Of a DNA stretch of 35,785 nucleotides, positions 9,230 through 18,441 are shown piece by piece. The notes under the pieces were generated by a model. The model saw only the letters and a program-made list of their open reading frames with translations. It had not been told where the DNA came from and searched no databases. Numbering within the stretch: position 1 is the stretch's first letter; the number at the start of each line of letters is the position of its first letter. Source of the DNA: a virus (lineage: Duplodnaviria; Caudoviricetes); IMG/VR virus record IMGVR_UViG_3300020044_007430, positions 1 through 35,785 of that record. One strand, written 5' to 3'. Position numbers and translations under genes: made by a program.

Positions 9230-10255
9230 ATGGCGACTCCGATCGGGACCAACACGGTCACGTCAATCGCCCGTCGATACATCCTTCCTCAGATCACGGA
9301 TCAGATTTACGCATCCAACGTACTTCTGTACCGTCTGATGAAGGGGAACAAGCGCATCATTCAGGGCGGGACTCAGATCGAAGTTCCACTGATGTATGCA
9401 CGGTTCAACACCGGCGGTCCATACAGCGGCTATCAGCCGTTCAACACCACGCCTTCGGACACGATCAAGAACGCTGCGTTCGACTGGAAGCAGCAGTACG
9501 TCACTTGGTCGGTTGATGGCCTCACGATGATCCGGGTTGATTCTCCGGAGGCAATCGCCAGTTTCCTGATGCTGCAATCGCAGCAGGCAATCATGGAGAT
9601 GGCAGAGAACCTTGCGGTGGGTCTGTTCGGTTCGGGTACCGCCGCAGGCAGTGGTGTGAACAACACCCCTGTCATCGACCTGGATGGTCTGGCGGGCCTT
9701 GTCGGCAGTGGCTCGTCCATCGGCAACAACACCTATGGTGGCATCACTCGGACGAGCAACACGTGGTGGAACAGTTCCGTCACCGGCATCTCGTCCAACG
9801 CCACCATGAGCCTGTCCAACCTTCAGACGGCATTCAGTGCTGCTCAGCGAGGTGGACACCACCCGACGATCATCGTGTCGGGTCAAGACCAGTACAACCG
9901 GTACTGGGCACTGAACGCAGCCGGTACCAACCCGTCCGTTCAGTATGTGCGTCAGCCGCAGGGTCATGACGCACTCCTCGCCTCGGCAGGGTTCACCAAC
10001 CTCCTCTTCAACAACATTCCGTGGGTCGTGGACTCGCATGTTGGTGAAGGCGTCGTGGATGCGAACAACAGCCGGGTCTACATGCTCAACGAGAACTTCT
10101 TGAACTGGGTGGTCAGCCCTCGTGCCGACTTCTACATCAAGCCGTTCCAAGAGCCGGTCAACCAAGACGCCATGGTGAGCAGTGTTCTGTGGGCGGGCAA
10201 CCTCGTCTGCACGAACTCTGATCAGCAGGGTGGAGTCTTCAACTACAACGCCTGA
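9230..10255 (+). CDS. Major capsid protein (HK97 fold, podovirus type)
   Basis: 341 aa; motifs ITDQIYASN, GGTQIEVPL, AAFDWKQ, LDGLA, YGGITRT..TWW, GFTNL.FNNIPWVVD, WAGNL typical of podoviral capsid proteins; SD GAAAGGG. Confidence 0.9.
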   Translation: MATPIGTNTVTSIARRYILPQITDQIYASNVLLYRLMKGNKRIIQGGTQIEVPLMYARFNTGGPYSGYQPFNTTPSDTIKNAAFDWKQQYVTWSVDGLTMIRVDSPEAIASFLMLQSQQAIMEMAENLAVGLFGSGTAAGSGVNNTPVIDLDGLAGLVGSGSSIGNNTYGGITRTSNTWWNSSVTGISSNATMSLSNLQTAFSAAQRGGHHPTIIVSGQDQYNRYWALNAAGTNPSVQYVRQPQGHDALLASAGFTNLLFNNIPWVVDSHVGEGVVDANNSRVYMLNENFLNWVVSPRADFYIKPFQEPVNQDAMVSSVLWAGNLVCTNSDQQGGVFNYNA

Positions 10256-10270
10256 GGAGGTGAACAAGAA

Positions 10271-10768
10271 ATGGCACAAGACGCAATCCTTGAGAACCCA
10301 TCCGGAGCCTTCAAGACGGTAGCGGACTACACCCTTGGCGTCACTGCTTCGGGTGAGGTCGTCACCCCTGAGTTGGAGACGGCAACGTACCGGGCCAATG
10401 AGGCAATCGCCGTTGGTCAGGCACTCATGTGGGTGGCTCCCACCACCACTGTTCCGATCAGCGTCGGTCTGATGACTGCCGCAGCGAACGATCGTCTGTT
10501 CGCTGGTGCAGCATTGGAGGCTGGTGCCGCTGGTGACTACATCCGTGTGGTCACTCGTGGACACTGCCTGATCGCTGTCGGTTCCACCACTCCCGCTTCG
10601 GGCAACTTCGTCATCGTTCCGGACGCCACCACTGGCGTGTTCGGCACTGACGCATCCCCCGATGTGGCAGACACCATGGTTGGCATCAACTGGGGTGTCA
10701 AGGACGCCAACAACCTGGCGTTCGCCTACATCGACCGTGGCGGTCTTGCGGAACCCGTTTCCGCCTAA
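10271..10768 (+). CDS. Capsid decoration/cement protein
   Basis: Directly after the capsid gene, SD GAGGAGG; ANEAIAVGQ...FAGAALEAGAAGDYIRVVTRG beta-tulip-like cement pattern. Confidence 0.65.
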   Translation: MAQDAILENPSGAFKTVADYTLGVTASGEVVTPELETATYRANEAIAVGQALMWVAPTTTVPISVGLMTAAANDRLFAGAALEAGAAGDYIRVVTRGHCLIAVGSTTPASGNFVIVPDATTGVFGTDASPDVADTMVGINWGVKDANNLAFAYIDRGGLAEPVSA

Positions 10769-10783
10769 ACCGGCACGTCGTCA
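10769..10783. repeat. 15-bp exact intergenic repeat (other copy at 33431-33445)
   Basis: ACCGGCACGTCGTCA at both sites, each followed within 4-7 nt by CAGCAGG. Confidence 0.85.
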
Positions 10784-10799
10784 ACCTCAGCAGGCGCTT

Positions 10800-10835
10800 C
10801 AAGGGCCGGTGTTCCTTCGGGGGCACCGGCCCTTG
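10800..10835 (+). terminator. Hairpin terminator after the capsid operon
   Basis: CAAGGGCCGGTGTTCC-TTCG-GGGGCACCGGCCCTTG: 16-bp stem (with G-U pairs), C(UUCG)G loop; weak U tail. Confidence 0.8.
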
Positions 10836-10879
10836 GTATACACTCACCTCACAACAACACCCGTACCAAGGAGTACATC

Positions 10880-11626
10880 ATGCCCGAATTCGTCCGTATC
10901 GTGAACGTTGGTGATCGTCCGTTCGACTTCCACCACAACAACGTCAAGAAGCGCATTCCTCCGGGGTTGGAGATGGCAGTACCGTGGGCACTGGCCACGT
11001 CACTGTTCGGCGACCCGTTCGCCGTCAACCTTCCGAAGAAGCCTGATCGCACTGACTCAATCCGTCGTGCACGCATGAACTTCAACTACGAACTCGGCAT
11101 GGAATCGATTGAGTCGTTCCATGCTCGGATTCCCAAGTTTGAGGTGTACGACATGGAGACAGGTCAGCGCATCTACATGTTGCTGGAAGACCCTGAGGGT
11201 GAACATCGTGGTGACTACGTGTCCCCCGACTACGACTCCACGGATCGTGTGTCCATCCTTCAGGCGCAGGTCGAAATGCTCATGTCGCAGCTTCAGACCG
11301 TGCTCACTCAGGGGGTTGGCAACATCCCTCAGATTCCCACTGGTCAGACCGCCATGGTGTCGGTTGATGGACCGGAGCACACGGAACAGGAACCGCTCGT
11401 CAAGCAGGCGGCTTTCGTGGGTGGCAATGCGTTCGCTCAACGACCGGAGGATGCAGAGGTGCCTCCCCTGTTCGACTTCGCCACTCTCTCAACCTCTGAT
11501 GAGCCACCGCCCACGGCAGTGTTCGATCAGGTGACTGAGGATGTCCCGGCAGAGGTGGGAGTAGGCTCGGCGCATGTCGATGACGCCCCAGCCCCCGCAC
11601 CCCGCCTCGCCAAGCGTCCCAAGTAG
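10880..11626 (+). CDS. Hypothetical protein (248 aa, disordered acidic C-terminus)
   Basis: SD AAGGAG; ORF track. Confidence 0.8.
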   Translation: MPEFVRIVNVGDRPFDFHHNNVKKRIPPGLEMAVPWALATSLFGDPFAVNLPKKPDRTDSIRRARMNFNYELGMESIESFHARIPKFEVYDMETGQRIYMLLEDPEGEHRGDYVSPDYDSTDRVSILQAQVEMLMSQLQTVLTQGVGNIPQIPTGQTAMVSVDGPEHTEQEPLVKQAAFVGGNAFAQRPEDAEVPPLFDFATLSTSDEPPPTAVFDQVTEDVPAEVGVGSAHVDDAPAPAPRLAKRPK

Positions 11627-11933
11627 CACCGGTCTTAGCCCGTCACATTCGGCACGTAACCAATGGGTGACTCGGGCTGCCGAAATCACCGACCAACTCA
11701 GTGAACTCATGGCGCAACTCGCTGTCCTCAAGGGCAGCGAGTTGCGTCAACGTTGGGAGACGATCAATGGTGCTCTGCCCAACAGCAACATCACGACAGC
11801 AAGGGAACTCGCATCCGGTGCAGTGATGAACTTCACCGTTGAGATGATCAAACTTCAGGGTGAAATTGACACACTCACACTGGCGCTCCAACACTGTGAT
11901 CGTGTCCTCACCCACTACACCTTCAAGGATTGA
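11574..11933 (+). CDS. Hypothetical coiled-coil protein (119 aa)
   Basis: ORF track; GGGAG upstream; 53-nt overlap with the previous gene; helical hairpin-like composition. Confidence 0.6.
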   Translation: MSMTPQPPHPASPSVPSSTGLSPSHSARNQWVTRAAEITDQLSELMAQLAVLKGSELRQRWETINGALPNSNITTARELASGAVMNFTVEMIKLQGEIDTLTLALQHCDRVLTHYTFKD

Positions 11934-11935
11934 TC

Positions 11936-13909
11936 ATGGGCGAACCCAAAGAGTACATCACCATCGACAACTTCAGTCCCGGTATCTTTGGGGACTTGCT
12001 CGGTCAGACCGGTGCAACAGCAACAGCATCACCCAGCAACAACACGTCACTCGGGATCGGCAAGAATGGTGGTGCCGTGATTGATGACACGTTCGGGTGT
12101 CATGCTGATCCCACTGGTGCGCTGATCCCTCTGCCCGTTCGTGTGCTGGTCAATCAAACGGCATGGGCACCGTTCGGTGGTAATGGTCAGGGAGCGACAG
12201 GGTACTTCCCCACTGGCAAGGTGGGGTATTACGTGCTCGACGTGCGAGTGATCAGCTACCTCGTCACCGACGATCATGACGCACAGACCGAACGTGACTG
12301 TGCGTTCATCCTGTTCGGAGCGTTCTACGACCCTGACAATGGTGGTGGATACAAGCAGGTGGTGTGGGGTGTTGTGATGGGCCTCGACATCAACTTGTGG
12401 AAGGTGGTGCATTACAACCGGTATGCCCCGTCCATTGATCCCTCCCCTGCCCTGTCGATCCCATCGGGGTGTGTGGCCATCCTTCGCCATGTTGATGGGG
12501 AACGTGATGCCAACGACTTCCTCGACTACGGCATCTATCACACTCAGAACAGCGTCCACTTCATGCTGTCCCCGTCACGTGACGGCAGTGTTGGCGACGA
12601 CAACACGAGTTGGGCGACGGGTGATATCCCCACTGATGAAGAGACGATCACCTCGTTTCAAGCGGACACTGGTCGCACCACTTACCCGCTCGGCGTTGAC
12701 ACGTCTGTCGCCACGTTCTCCGGGTGCATCGGTGTGTTCCCTGATCCGCTCGACCTGAACAGTTGGTATCCCCGCTACATCGGTGGTCGTGTCGCCCTGC
12801 CAGGTTTCATGTCGATCGCCCATCAAGGTCGTGCAGTGATGGCGTCACTGCTCTCACGTGGATTCGGCAGTGGGTACAACCTCGTGCTCGACCGTGTTTC
12901 TTATTCACCTGTCTACAACGCTGGTCTGGCGACCAGCACGTCGGCTCCCACAACGACGCAAGCACCCCCTGATTACCGCTCCTCCATCGCTGGTGATGAG
13001 AACGTGAACCCGATCGGCACTCTCGGGTCGATCATGGCGGCTGAACTGTTGGTCGTCAAGCATGGTCGTGGCGGCGTCCTGATGCGTGGTGACATGGACA
13101 ACTTTGAGGCGGTTGCTCTCCCGTACATCGAATCCACCTATGGCATCGTCAGCCAAGGCGTGTCCACTCCGATCGGGTTCGTCTACGGTTCACGCAATGG
13201 TGTGTTCGCCTGGTCCGGTGGTCAGGAAACCAAGAAGCTGTCCACTCAAATCGACGGGTACTTTTGGGAGCACGCAACGGACCTCGTTTACACAGGTAAC
13301 CAAGCACGCTTCGGGTACTGGCATCCGTTCGTGTGTGTTCCTAACGACTTCCTGTTCAACATCGAATCAAGCGCATGGTGGAAGATCGAAGACTCGTCCG
13401 ACACTGGTCGGGTGAAGTACTCGCACTATGACACCGGGTCATTGAACGGCAAGTTGTACGCCTTCCCGTACATGAACACTCCGGGTGCTGATCCTGTCGT
13501 GTACTCCTACGACCCTGACGTGCTGCGTTCGTCCTACTCGTGGAAGTCGCTGCCACTGATCGAATCCCGGCGTCGTCTCCTCACCTATGAAGACGTGACC
13601 CTCACCGTCACTGTCGCACACCCGTACACGGCAACAAACACCATCGTGGTCACCCTCATCGGGATCGCTGAAGACGGCACTCAAGTCTCGTCCAATGCCA
13701 CCACCATCGTTCTCAACGCCACGTCAGTGGTCAATGGTACACAGGTCACCATCACTCACTTGCTCGGTACGTCCGGTGCTCAAGGGACATTCACTGCCAG
13801 GTATGTGCAGGTGTTGGTGACGGCAACTGCATCGTCTGGTCCCGCCCCGAAGATTCACAAGATCGACCTCGGTGTGACCGATCGTCAGCGTCAGCGGGTG
13901 AACAACTAA
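11936..13909 (+). CDS. Probable tail nozzle/tail tubular B-like protein
   Basis: About 657 aa beta-rich; starts ITIDNFSPGI; contains GFVYGSRNGVFAWSGGQETKKLS and YSWKS as in P22 gp10/T7 gp12-like hub proteins. Confidence 0.65.
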   Translation: MGEPKEYITIDNFSPGIFGDLLGQTGATATASPSNNTSLGIGKNGGAVIDDTFGCHADPTGALIPLPVRVLVNQTAWAPFGGNGQGATGYFPTGKVGYYVLDVRVISYLVTDDHDAQTERDCAFILFGAFYDPDNGGGYKQVVWGVVMGLDINLWKVVHYNRYAPSIDPSPALSIPSGCVAILRHVDGERDANDFLDYGIYHTQNSVHFMLSPSRDGSVGDDNTSWATGDIPTDEETITSFQADTGRTTYPLGVDTSVATFSGCIGVFPDPLDLNSWYPRYIGGRVALPGFMSIAHQGRAVMASLLSRGFGSGYNLVLDRVSYSPVYNAGLATSTSAPTTTQAPPDYRSSIAGDENVNPIGTLGSIMAAELLVVKHGRGGVLMRGDMDNFEAVALPYIESTYGIVSQGVSTPIGFVYGSRNGVFAWSGGQETKKLSTQIDGYFWEHATDLVYTGNQARFGYWHPFVCVPNDFLFNIESSAWWKIEDSSDTGRVKYSHYDTGSLNGKLYAFPYMNTPGADPVVYSYDPDVLRSSYSWKSLPLIESRRRLLTYEDVTLTVTVAHPYTATNTIVVTLIGIAEDGTQVSSNATTIVLNATSVVNGTQVTITHLLGTSGAQGTFTARYVQVLVTATASSGPAPKIHKIDLGVTDRQRQRVNN

Positions 13910-15300
13910 TGCCGATCTTCAATGAGGATGGGTTCCCCGGTAGTGGTATCGCACCACGCACCCGGCTGGATATCCCGCAGATCACCGGGGACATGGACGC
14001 CCCCATCACACGACGTGAAATGGCTGACTTCCAACGTCGGCTCAGGGAGTGGTCCGACAAGCTTCAGTTCGGGCGTACCGGATTCACTGTTCGGGAGTTC
14101 CCTCTGCAACTGTTCGGCGTGGAGACGGACCTACCAATCACGTGGGATCAACTCATCGAAGACTCCCACTCGTTCCACCTCACGTACATGCCCACTGATC
14201 TTCAGTACTACCAAGTCCCCCCTGGACTCGGGCGTGTCTACAACATCAACTACTACATCGACTTCGCTGTGTTGGTGGAGAACACGGACACGTTCAACTA
14301 CACAGGCGCAATGCAGGAATGGACTGCACCCGCAGACATCTTGGAGAACACTGCCACCGTCATGTGTCGTGGTGGTGCAGGCAACCTGTCAACGGGTGGT
14401 GGAACGGACAATGGTTTCGGTCATCAAGTCACTGCCACGTTCAACAACATTGCACCCAGTTCGGTGTGGGATATTGAGGTTGGTGACGGTAACCAAACCG
14501 CTCAGCCGGGGTGCTGGCCTGATGGTGGTGACGGTGATTCCGTGGCTACCGGCTCGTCGGGTGGTGGTGGTGGACGCTCGTCGTTCCGTCCTGACGCAGC
14601 CGCACTCACCGACGCTTACGTAGTCGCCGGTGCAGGTGGTGGACAGGGACGTAGCGGTGGTGCATTCGCACAGGTTGGTGGTAATGGCGGCAATGGAACA
14701 GCCCTCTTCCCTGGTCAAGATGGTGCAGGCATGTTCAACTGTGGTGGTGCCAACGCTACCGGAGGCACCAATTCAGCCGGTGGTCTGGCGGCAGGTTCCG
14801 GCAGTGAAATCGGTGGTGATGGTGCGTTCGGTCTAGGTGGTGACACTGGCGACTCGGTGAACTCGTTCGCCTTCCAAGGTGGTGGCGGTGGTGGCGGATG
14901 GTATGGCGGTGGCTCTGGTGCAACTCCCATCGGGTCGGGTGACTATGGTGGTGGTGGAGCAGGTGGATCGTCGCACACAGGTTCAGGTGCACGGAACGTT
15001 GTTGCACAGACCGCAGCATCCAAGGCACGTGGACAGGTCACCGTCACCTATTACTCAACCACCCCGGCACCTGATACGGCACTGATCACTAAGGTGTGGG
15101 TGGCGTATGCTCAGTGGCCTGACAAGGCACCGTATGAAGAGGTGCGTTGCGTGCTGTCTGACGTGGGTGGCGCACCTCACAAGGGATCGATCCAACTCCC
15201 CCTCGGTGAAGGGGATCGGGTCTGGATGACCTACACCTGCACGGATGCTACAGTCGGCATCATCACAGGCACGTTCGGCATGTACGCACAAGGGATGTGA
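13909..15300 (+). CDS. Gly-rich fibre/adhesin protein (ALK/LTK-like glycine-rich domain within a C1q-like domain)
   Basis: TFNYTGAMQEWTAP...CRGGAG...VAGAGGG...GGGGGGWYGGGSG...GGGGAGGSS is the Gly_rich (ALK/LTK GRD-like) pattern; TAATG coupling to the nozzle gene. Confidence 0.7.
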   Translation: MPIFNEDGFPGSGIAPRTRLDIPQITGDMDAPITRREMADFQRRLREWSDKLQFGRTGFTVREFPLQLFGVETDLPITWDQLIEDSHSFHLTYMPTDLQYYQVPPGLGRVYNINYYIDFAVLVENTDTFNYTGAMQEWTAPADILENTATVMCRGGAGNLSTGGGTDNGFGHQVTATFNNIAPSSVWDIEVGDGNQTAQPGCWPDGGDGDSVATGSSGGGGGRSSFRPDAAALTDAYVVAGAGGGQGRSGGAFAQVGGNGGNGTALFPGQDGAGMFNCGGANATGGTNSAGGLAAGSGSEIGGDGAFGLGGDTGDSVNSFAFQGGGGGGGWYGGGSGATPIGSGDYGGGGAGGSSHTGSGARNVVAQTAASKARGQVTVTYYSTTPAPDTALITKVWVAYAQWPDKAPYEEVRCVLSDVGGAPHKGSIQLPLGEGDRVWMTYTCTDATVGIITGTFGMYAQGM

Positions 15301-15306
15301 CAACCA

Positions 15307-15996
15307 ATGGCAACAACAGTAGCAGACGCAATCACCGCCATCCGTGAGCGACTTGATGAGGCAACCGCTTCACAGTGGTCACAGGTGCAGCTTCGGCGGT
15401 GGCTCAATGAAGGCATTCGTGACATCGCTCGACGGACGTTCCACTATCAGACGGTGGACACCATCGCTGTGGTTGCCGGTACTGGTGAGTACACGCTTGA
15501 TGCGGACGTGATCCGTGTCAACCAATGTTACTTCACCCCCACTGGTGACATCCAACTGTACCCGCTCTCGTCACGGCAGTGGGATGCGATGGATCAGGTG
15601 TGGGGTCCGTACCAGAATCAAGAGGGTGGCTACCCGGCCATGTTCAGCGTTCGTGGGTACTCACCGAACACACTGGTCAAGCTGTTCCCTGTCCCCTCAG
15701 TAACCGGTACCCTCACCTTCAACAACGTGCGTATGCCCGCAGCCATTGACATCACCAGTGGTACCGGCAACGTGGACTGTCCTGAGGCATGGTTGGAGGT
15801 GGCGTACTTCTATTGCGAATACATGGCTCGCCGTAAGGACAAGGACTATGAAGCAGCGCAAGAGTCGTTCACTCAGTACGGGTTGATGATCGACAACATG
15901 ATTGCGAATGGTGATTACCTCAATGCGCCTGGTGAATTCATCATGGCTCGTGGTGGTTGGTTGCCTGATTGGTTGGTCAACCCGAACTGGGGGTGA
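15307..15996 (+). CDS. Head-tail adaptor / tail tubular A-like protein
   Basis: IRERLDE...WS..QLRRWLNEG.RDIAR, YTLDAD, KLFPVP: typical podoviral adaptor pattern. Confidence 0.8.
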   Translation: MATTVADAITAIRERLDEATASQWSQVQLRRWLNEGIRDIARRTFHYQTVDTIAVVAGTGEYTLDADVIRVNQCYFTPTGDIQLYPLSSRQWDAMDQVWGPYQNQEGGYPAMFSVRGYSPNTLVKLFPVPSVTGTLTFNNVRMPAAIDITSGTGNVDCPEAWLEVAYFYCEYMARRKDKDYEAAQESFTQYGLMIDNMIANGDYLNAPGEFIMARGGWLPDWLVNPNWG

Positions 15997-16037
15997 CCAT
16001 TGCGGTGACGGCTGTCCCCATGATGTAAGGTGACAGC

Positions 16038-16120
16038 AGCGGTTGTGACGGCCGCATTGGCGAGGGGATCACCTCGGGGAAGAGACGCTCCGGGTTGTTG
16101 GTCCCCTCGCCGTCGTTTCA
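16038..16120 (+). ncRNA. Candidate structured RNA or terminator in the adaptor-ejection gene gap
   Basis: Stem 16058-16071/16099-16112 (core GGCGAGGGGA/TCCCCTCGCC), small hairpin 16039-16055, TAAGGT -10-like hexamer at 16026-16031. Confidence 0.3.
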
Positions 16121-16127
16121 GCGGGTG

Positions 16128-16133
16128 TAGAAT
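16128..16133 (+). promoter_or_regulatory. Putative -10 element (TAGAAT) for a leaderless transcript
   Basis: TG-TAGAAT lies 7 nt before ATG 16141, which has no SD. Confidence 0.55.
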
Positions 16134-16140
16134 CCGGCGC

Positions 16141-17148
16141 ATGGGCCTTGGAACGACATACCCCGCCTCCACTGGTGGAAAGCCACCCACCGGCACTGGT
16201 GACCGGGTACCTCCCGGCACTCCCCCGCAGACCGGTTCCCGGCAGTACTCACAGAACTACCCTCAGAACAACCCGTCGTGGTATGAAGAGGGCAACGTCA
16301 CCCCCTCATCCATCACTCAACCGATGGACCCTCTCCTCGCTCAGTTCCAAGCCATTCAAGCTGGCCAGCGTGACCAACTCCAATCTCAGTACCTCAACGC
16401 CATCGGTATGGGTGAACTCGGGTACGACAATGAGATGTGGTATCGCAACGCTTCGGCAGCGAGTGATCTGGCGAAACTCGCCAACCGTGAAGCACAGCAG
16501 GTTGGGTTGGGTCGTGAACGCAATGATGCTGACCGTGGATTTGCCGGTCGTGGATTCGAGATTGACTCACGTGGTAATGCACTGAAGCGTGACATGGGCT
16601 ATCGGGCCAATGACTCTGAAGCTGCATCTCGTGGATCAATCTCCTCATTCGGGTACGGGCAGAACGCTCGTGACATCCTCGCTCAGTTCGGGATCAATCA
16701 AGACACCACTCAGTTGTCCTACGACAAGAAGATGTCGGACCTGAACATCGATGACAAGGCGCTCGACCTCATGGCGAAGGACTTCGGTCTTCAGCGTGAT
16801 GACGTGAACAACGCACTCAAGTACGCATCCACCCAACTCGGGATGGATTGGATCACCACAGTGCAAGGGCTGAACAGTTCGTTGGAGAGTGGCGATGCTG
16901 CCCTCCGTCAACAGGCGCTCAACTTCATGACTTCACTGATGGCCATGCCACAGGCTGCACCCTCCATGACTGACATCTTCCCGAACGGCATCCCGATGCC
17001 TCAGGGTGATGGCCCGTTGGAACTCGGCCCTGCCTCCCTGGAATACCTCGCTCAACAGCAAGCCGCATCTGCCGTGAATGGTGCCGGTGGTGCTGGTGGC
17101 AATGGTGGCGGCGGCGGTGGCGGCGTTCAACGTGCATACACGATGTGA
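16141..17148 (+). CDS. Probable internal virion/ejection protein 1
   Basis: Gln/Ala-rich helical protein with EAASRG motif, first of three large genes after the adaptor; start moved from 16030 to ATG 16141. Confidence 0.6.
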   Translation: MGLGTTYPASTGGKPPTGTGDRVPPGTPPQTGSRQYSQNYPQNNPSWYEEGNVTPSSITQPMDPLLAQFQAIQAGQRDQLQSQYLNAIGMGELGYDNEMWYRNASAASDLAKLANREAQQVGLGRERNDADRGFAGRGFEIDSRGNALKRDMGYRANDSEAASRGSISSFGYGQNARDILAQFGINQDTTQLSYDKKMSDLNIDDKALDLMAKDFGLQRDDVNNALKYASTQLGMDWITTVQGLNSSLESGDAALRQQALNFMTSLMAMPQAAPSMTDIFPNGIPMPQGDGPLELGPASLEYLAQQQAASAVNGAGGAGGNGGGGGGGVQRAYTM

Positions 17149-17177
17149 CTTCAACCCTCTGATCAAGGACTAGACCA

Positions 17178-18416
17178 ATGGCAATCACCTCTGTTCAGGA
17201 CATGCTCCTCTCCCAGCTTCGCCCCCCGTCGTACTCATCCGCCGGATATGCGGGTGGAGCCATCGATGCGCTGAACGCTGCCAACAACGCTGACATGCCT
17301 GGCATCATCGCCAATCAGCGTGCGATCCGTTCCAACCCGGTGATCAACGCCATGACTCAGGATGCGATCAACAATCCAACACCACTCACTCGCCCCTTCG
17401 CTGGTCGTGCAGCCGGTTCAGGTGCCCGCACCATCGCCTCGTCAGTGGCCCCGACCGCTGCCGCAACCAACGGTACCGTCGCCAACGCCGCTCGTGTTGC
17501 CGCCACGAACTCCGCTGATGACCTGATCGCTCAGTTCGGTGGTGCCCTCGGTGCTACCGGGAATGCTGTCACTCAAACTGGTGTTCGTGGTGCCGCCCCT
17601 GGCCTGTTCGGCAAGATCGGTATGCAGGCGTGGAAGAACCCTGGAATGCTCAAGCTTGCCGCCCCTGGTGTTGTCGGCACACTCGCTGGTGGACTCCTCG
17701 CCGGTCAGGACATCGGTGGCGAGAACAGTGGGTTCGACCGTTCCGTTTCCCCTGCCCTGTCGATGGCTGGTCTTGGTGCCGGTATCGGTATGGGGTTCGG
17801 TCCGATCGGTGCTGCTGTTGGTGGTGGCTTGGGCCTCGCCGCTGGTGGTCTGTACGGTTACTTCACTGGTGACAAGACGACCAAGCAGGAACGGATGGAC
17901 AGTGCCTACAACGGTCTGAACGAAACCATTCAGACCCTTGGCTCCACCTATGGCCTCGACTCCAACACGATGGCCAACATCATGTTGGAATTCGATGCTG
18001 GTGCTCAGATCGCCATGAGTCAGGGTGATGAAGAAGCCCTCAAGTCGTTCGTGGAGATGTACTCCCAAACCCTCCCTCAGCAACTCCTTCAGTACCGGAT
18101 TCAGCAAGAGACTGAGCGTAAGCAGAATGAGCGTCTGATGGGGTTGCAGCAACAGTTCGCCCCGATCTTCCAGTCGATCATCGGCTCGGGTCAGCAGAAC
18201 GCTGAGATGGCTTATTCCCAAGCACTCAACTCTGCCGATGCGTTGGCTGAAACCAACCCTCAGCTTGCCGCCTTGGTCCGCTCCAATGCTGCCAACTCTC
18301 GCTCCTCGTCTGATGCGATGATGGCTGCTTACGCCAGTCAGATCGCTCTTGGTACCACCACGTCTCTCCAAGAGCAGATGATGTTGCAGCAGAACGTTCA
18401 GCCCGTTTCCCTGTAA
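17178..18416 (+). CDS. Probable internal virion/ejection protein 2 with glycine-zipper helices
   Basis: AGLGAGIGMGFGPIGAAVGGGLGLAAGGLYG GxxxG repeats; SD AAGGA. Confidence 0.6.
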   Translation: MAITSVQDMLLSQLRPPSYSSAGYAGGAIDALNAANNADMPGIIANQRAIRSNPVINAMTQDAINNPTPLTRPFAGRAAGSGARTIASSVAPTAAATNGTVANAARVAATNSADDLIAQFGGALGATGNAVTQTGVRGAAPGLFGKIGMQAWKNPGMLKLAAPGVVGTLAGGLLAGQDIGGENSGFDRSVSPALSMAGLGAGIGMGFGPIGAAVGGGLGLAAGGLYGYFTGDKTTKQERMDSAYNGLNETIQTLGSTYGLDSNTMANIMLEFDAGAQIAMSQGDEEALKSFVEMYSQTLPQQLLQYRIQQETERKQNERLMGLQQQFAPIFQSIIGSGQQNAEMAYSQALNSADALAETNPQLAALVRSNAANSRSSSDAMMAAYASQIALGTTTSLQEQMMLQQNVQPVSL

Positions 18417-18441
18417 CCACCATCTGTAGCGAGGTACCACC

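Noticed and set aside
11574-11626. Possible programmed frameshift (tail chaperone style) between ORFs 10880 and 11574
   Set aside because: No XXXYYYZ slippery site seen, the second ORF has its own ATG and SD-like sequence, and no long tail is encoded.
16030-16140. N-terminal extension of ORF 16030-17148
   Set aside because: Runs through hairpins and a -10 element; ATG 16141 is the better start.
14560-17123. GGT/GGC triplet runs as tandem repeats or DGR variable regions
   Set aside because: They encode poly-Gly; no template/variable repeat pair or reverse transcriptase is in the window.
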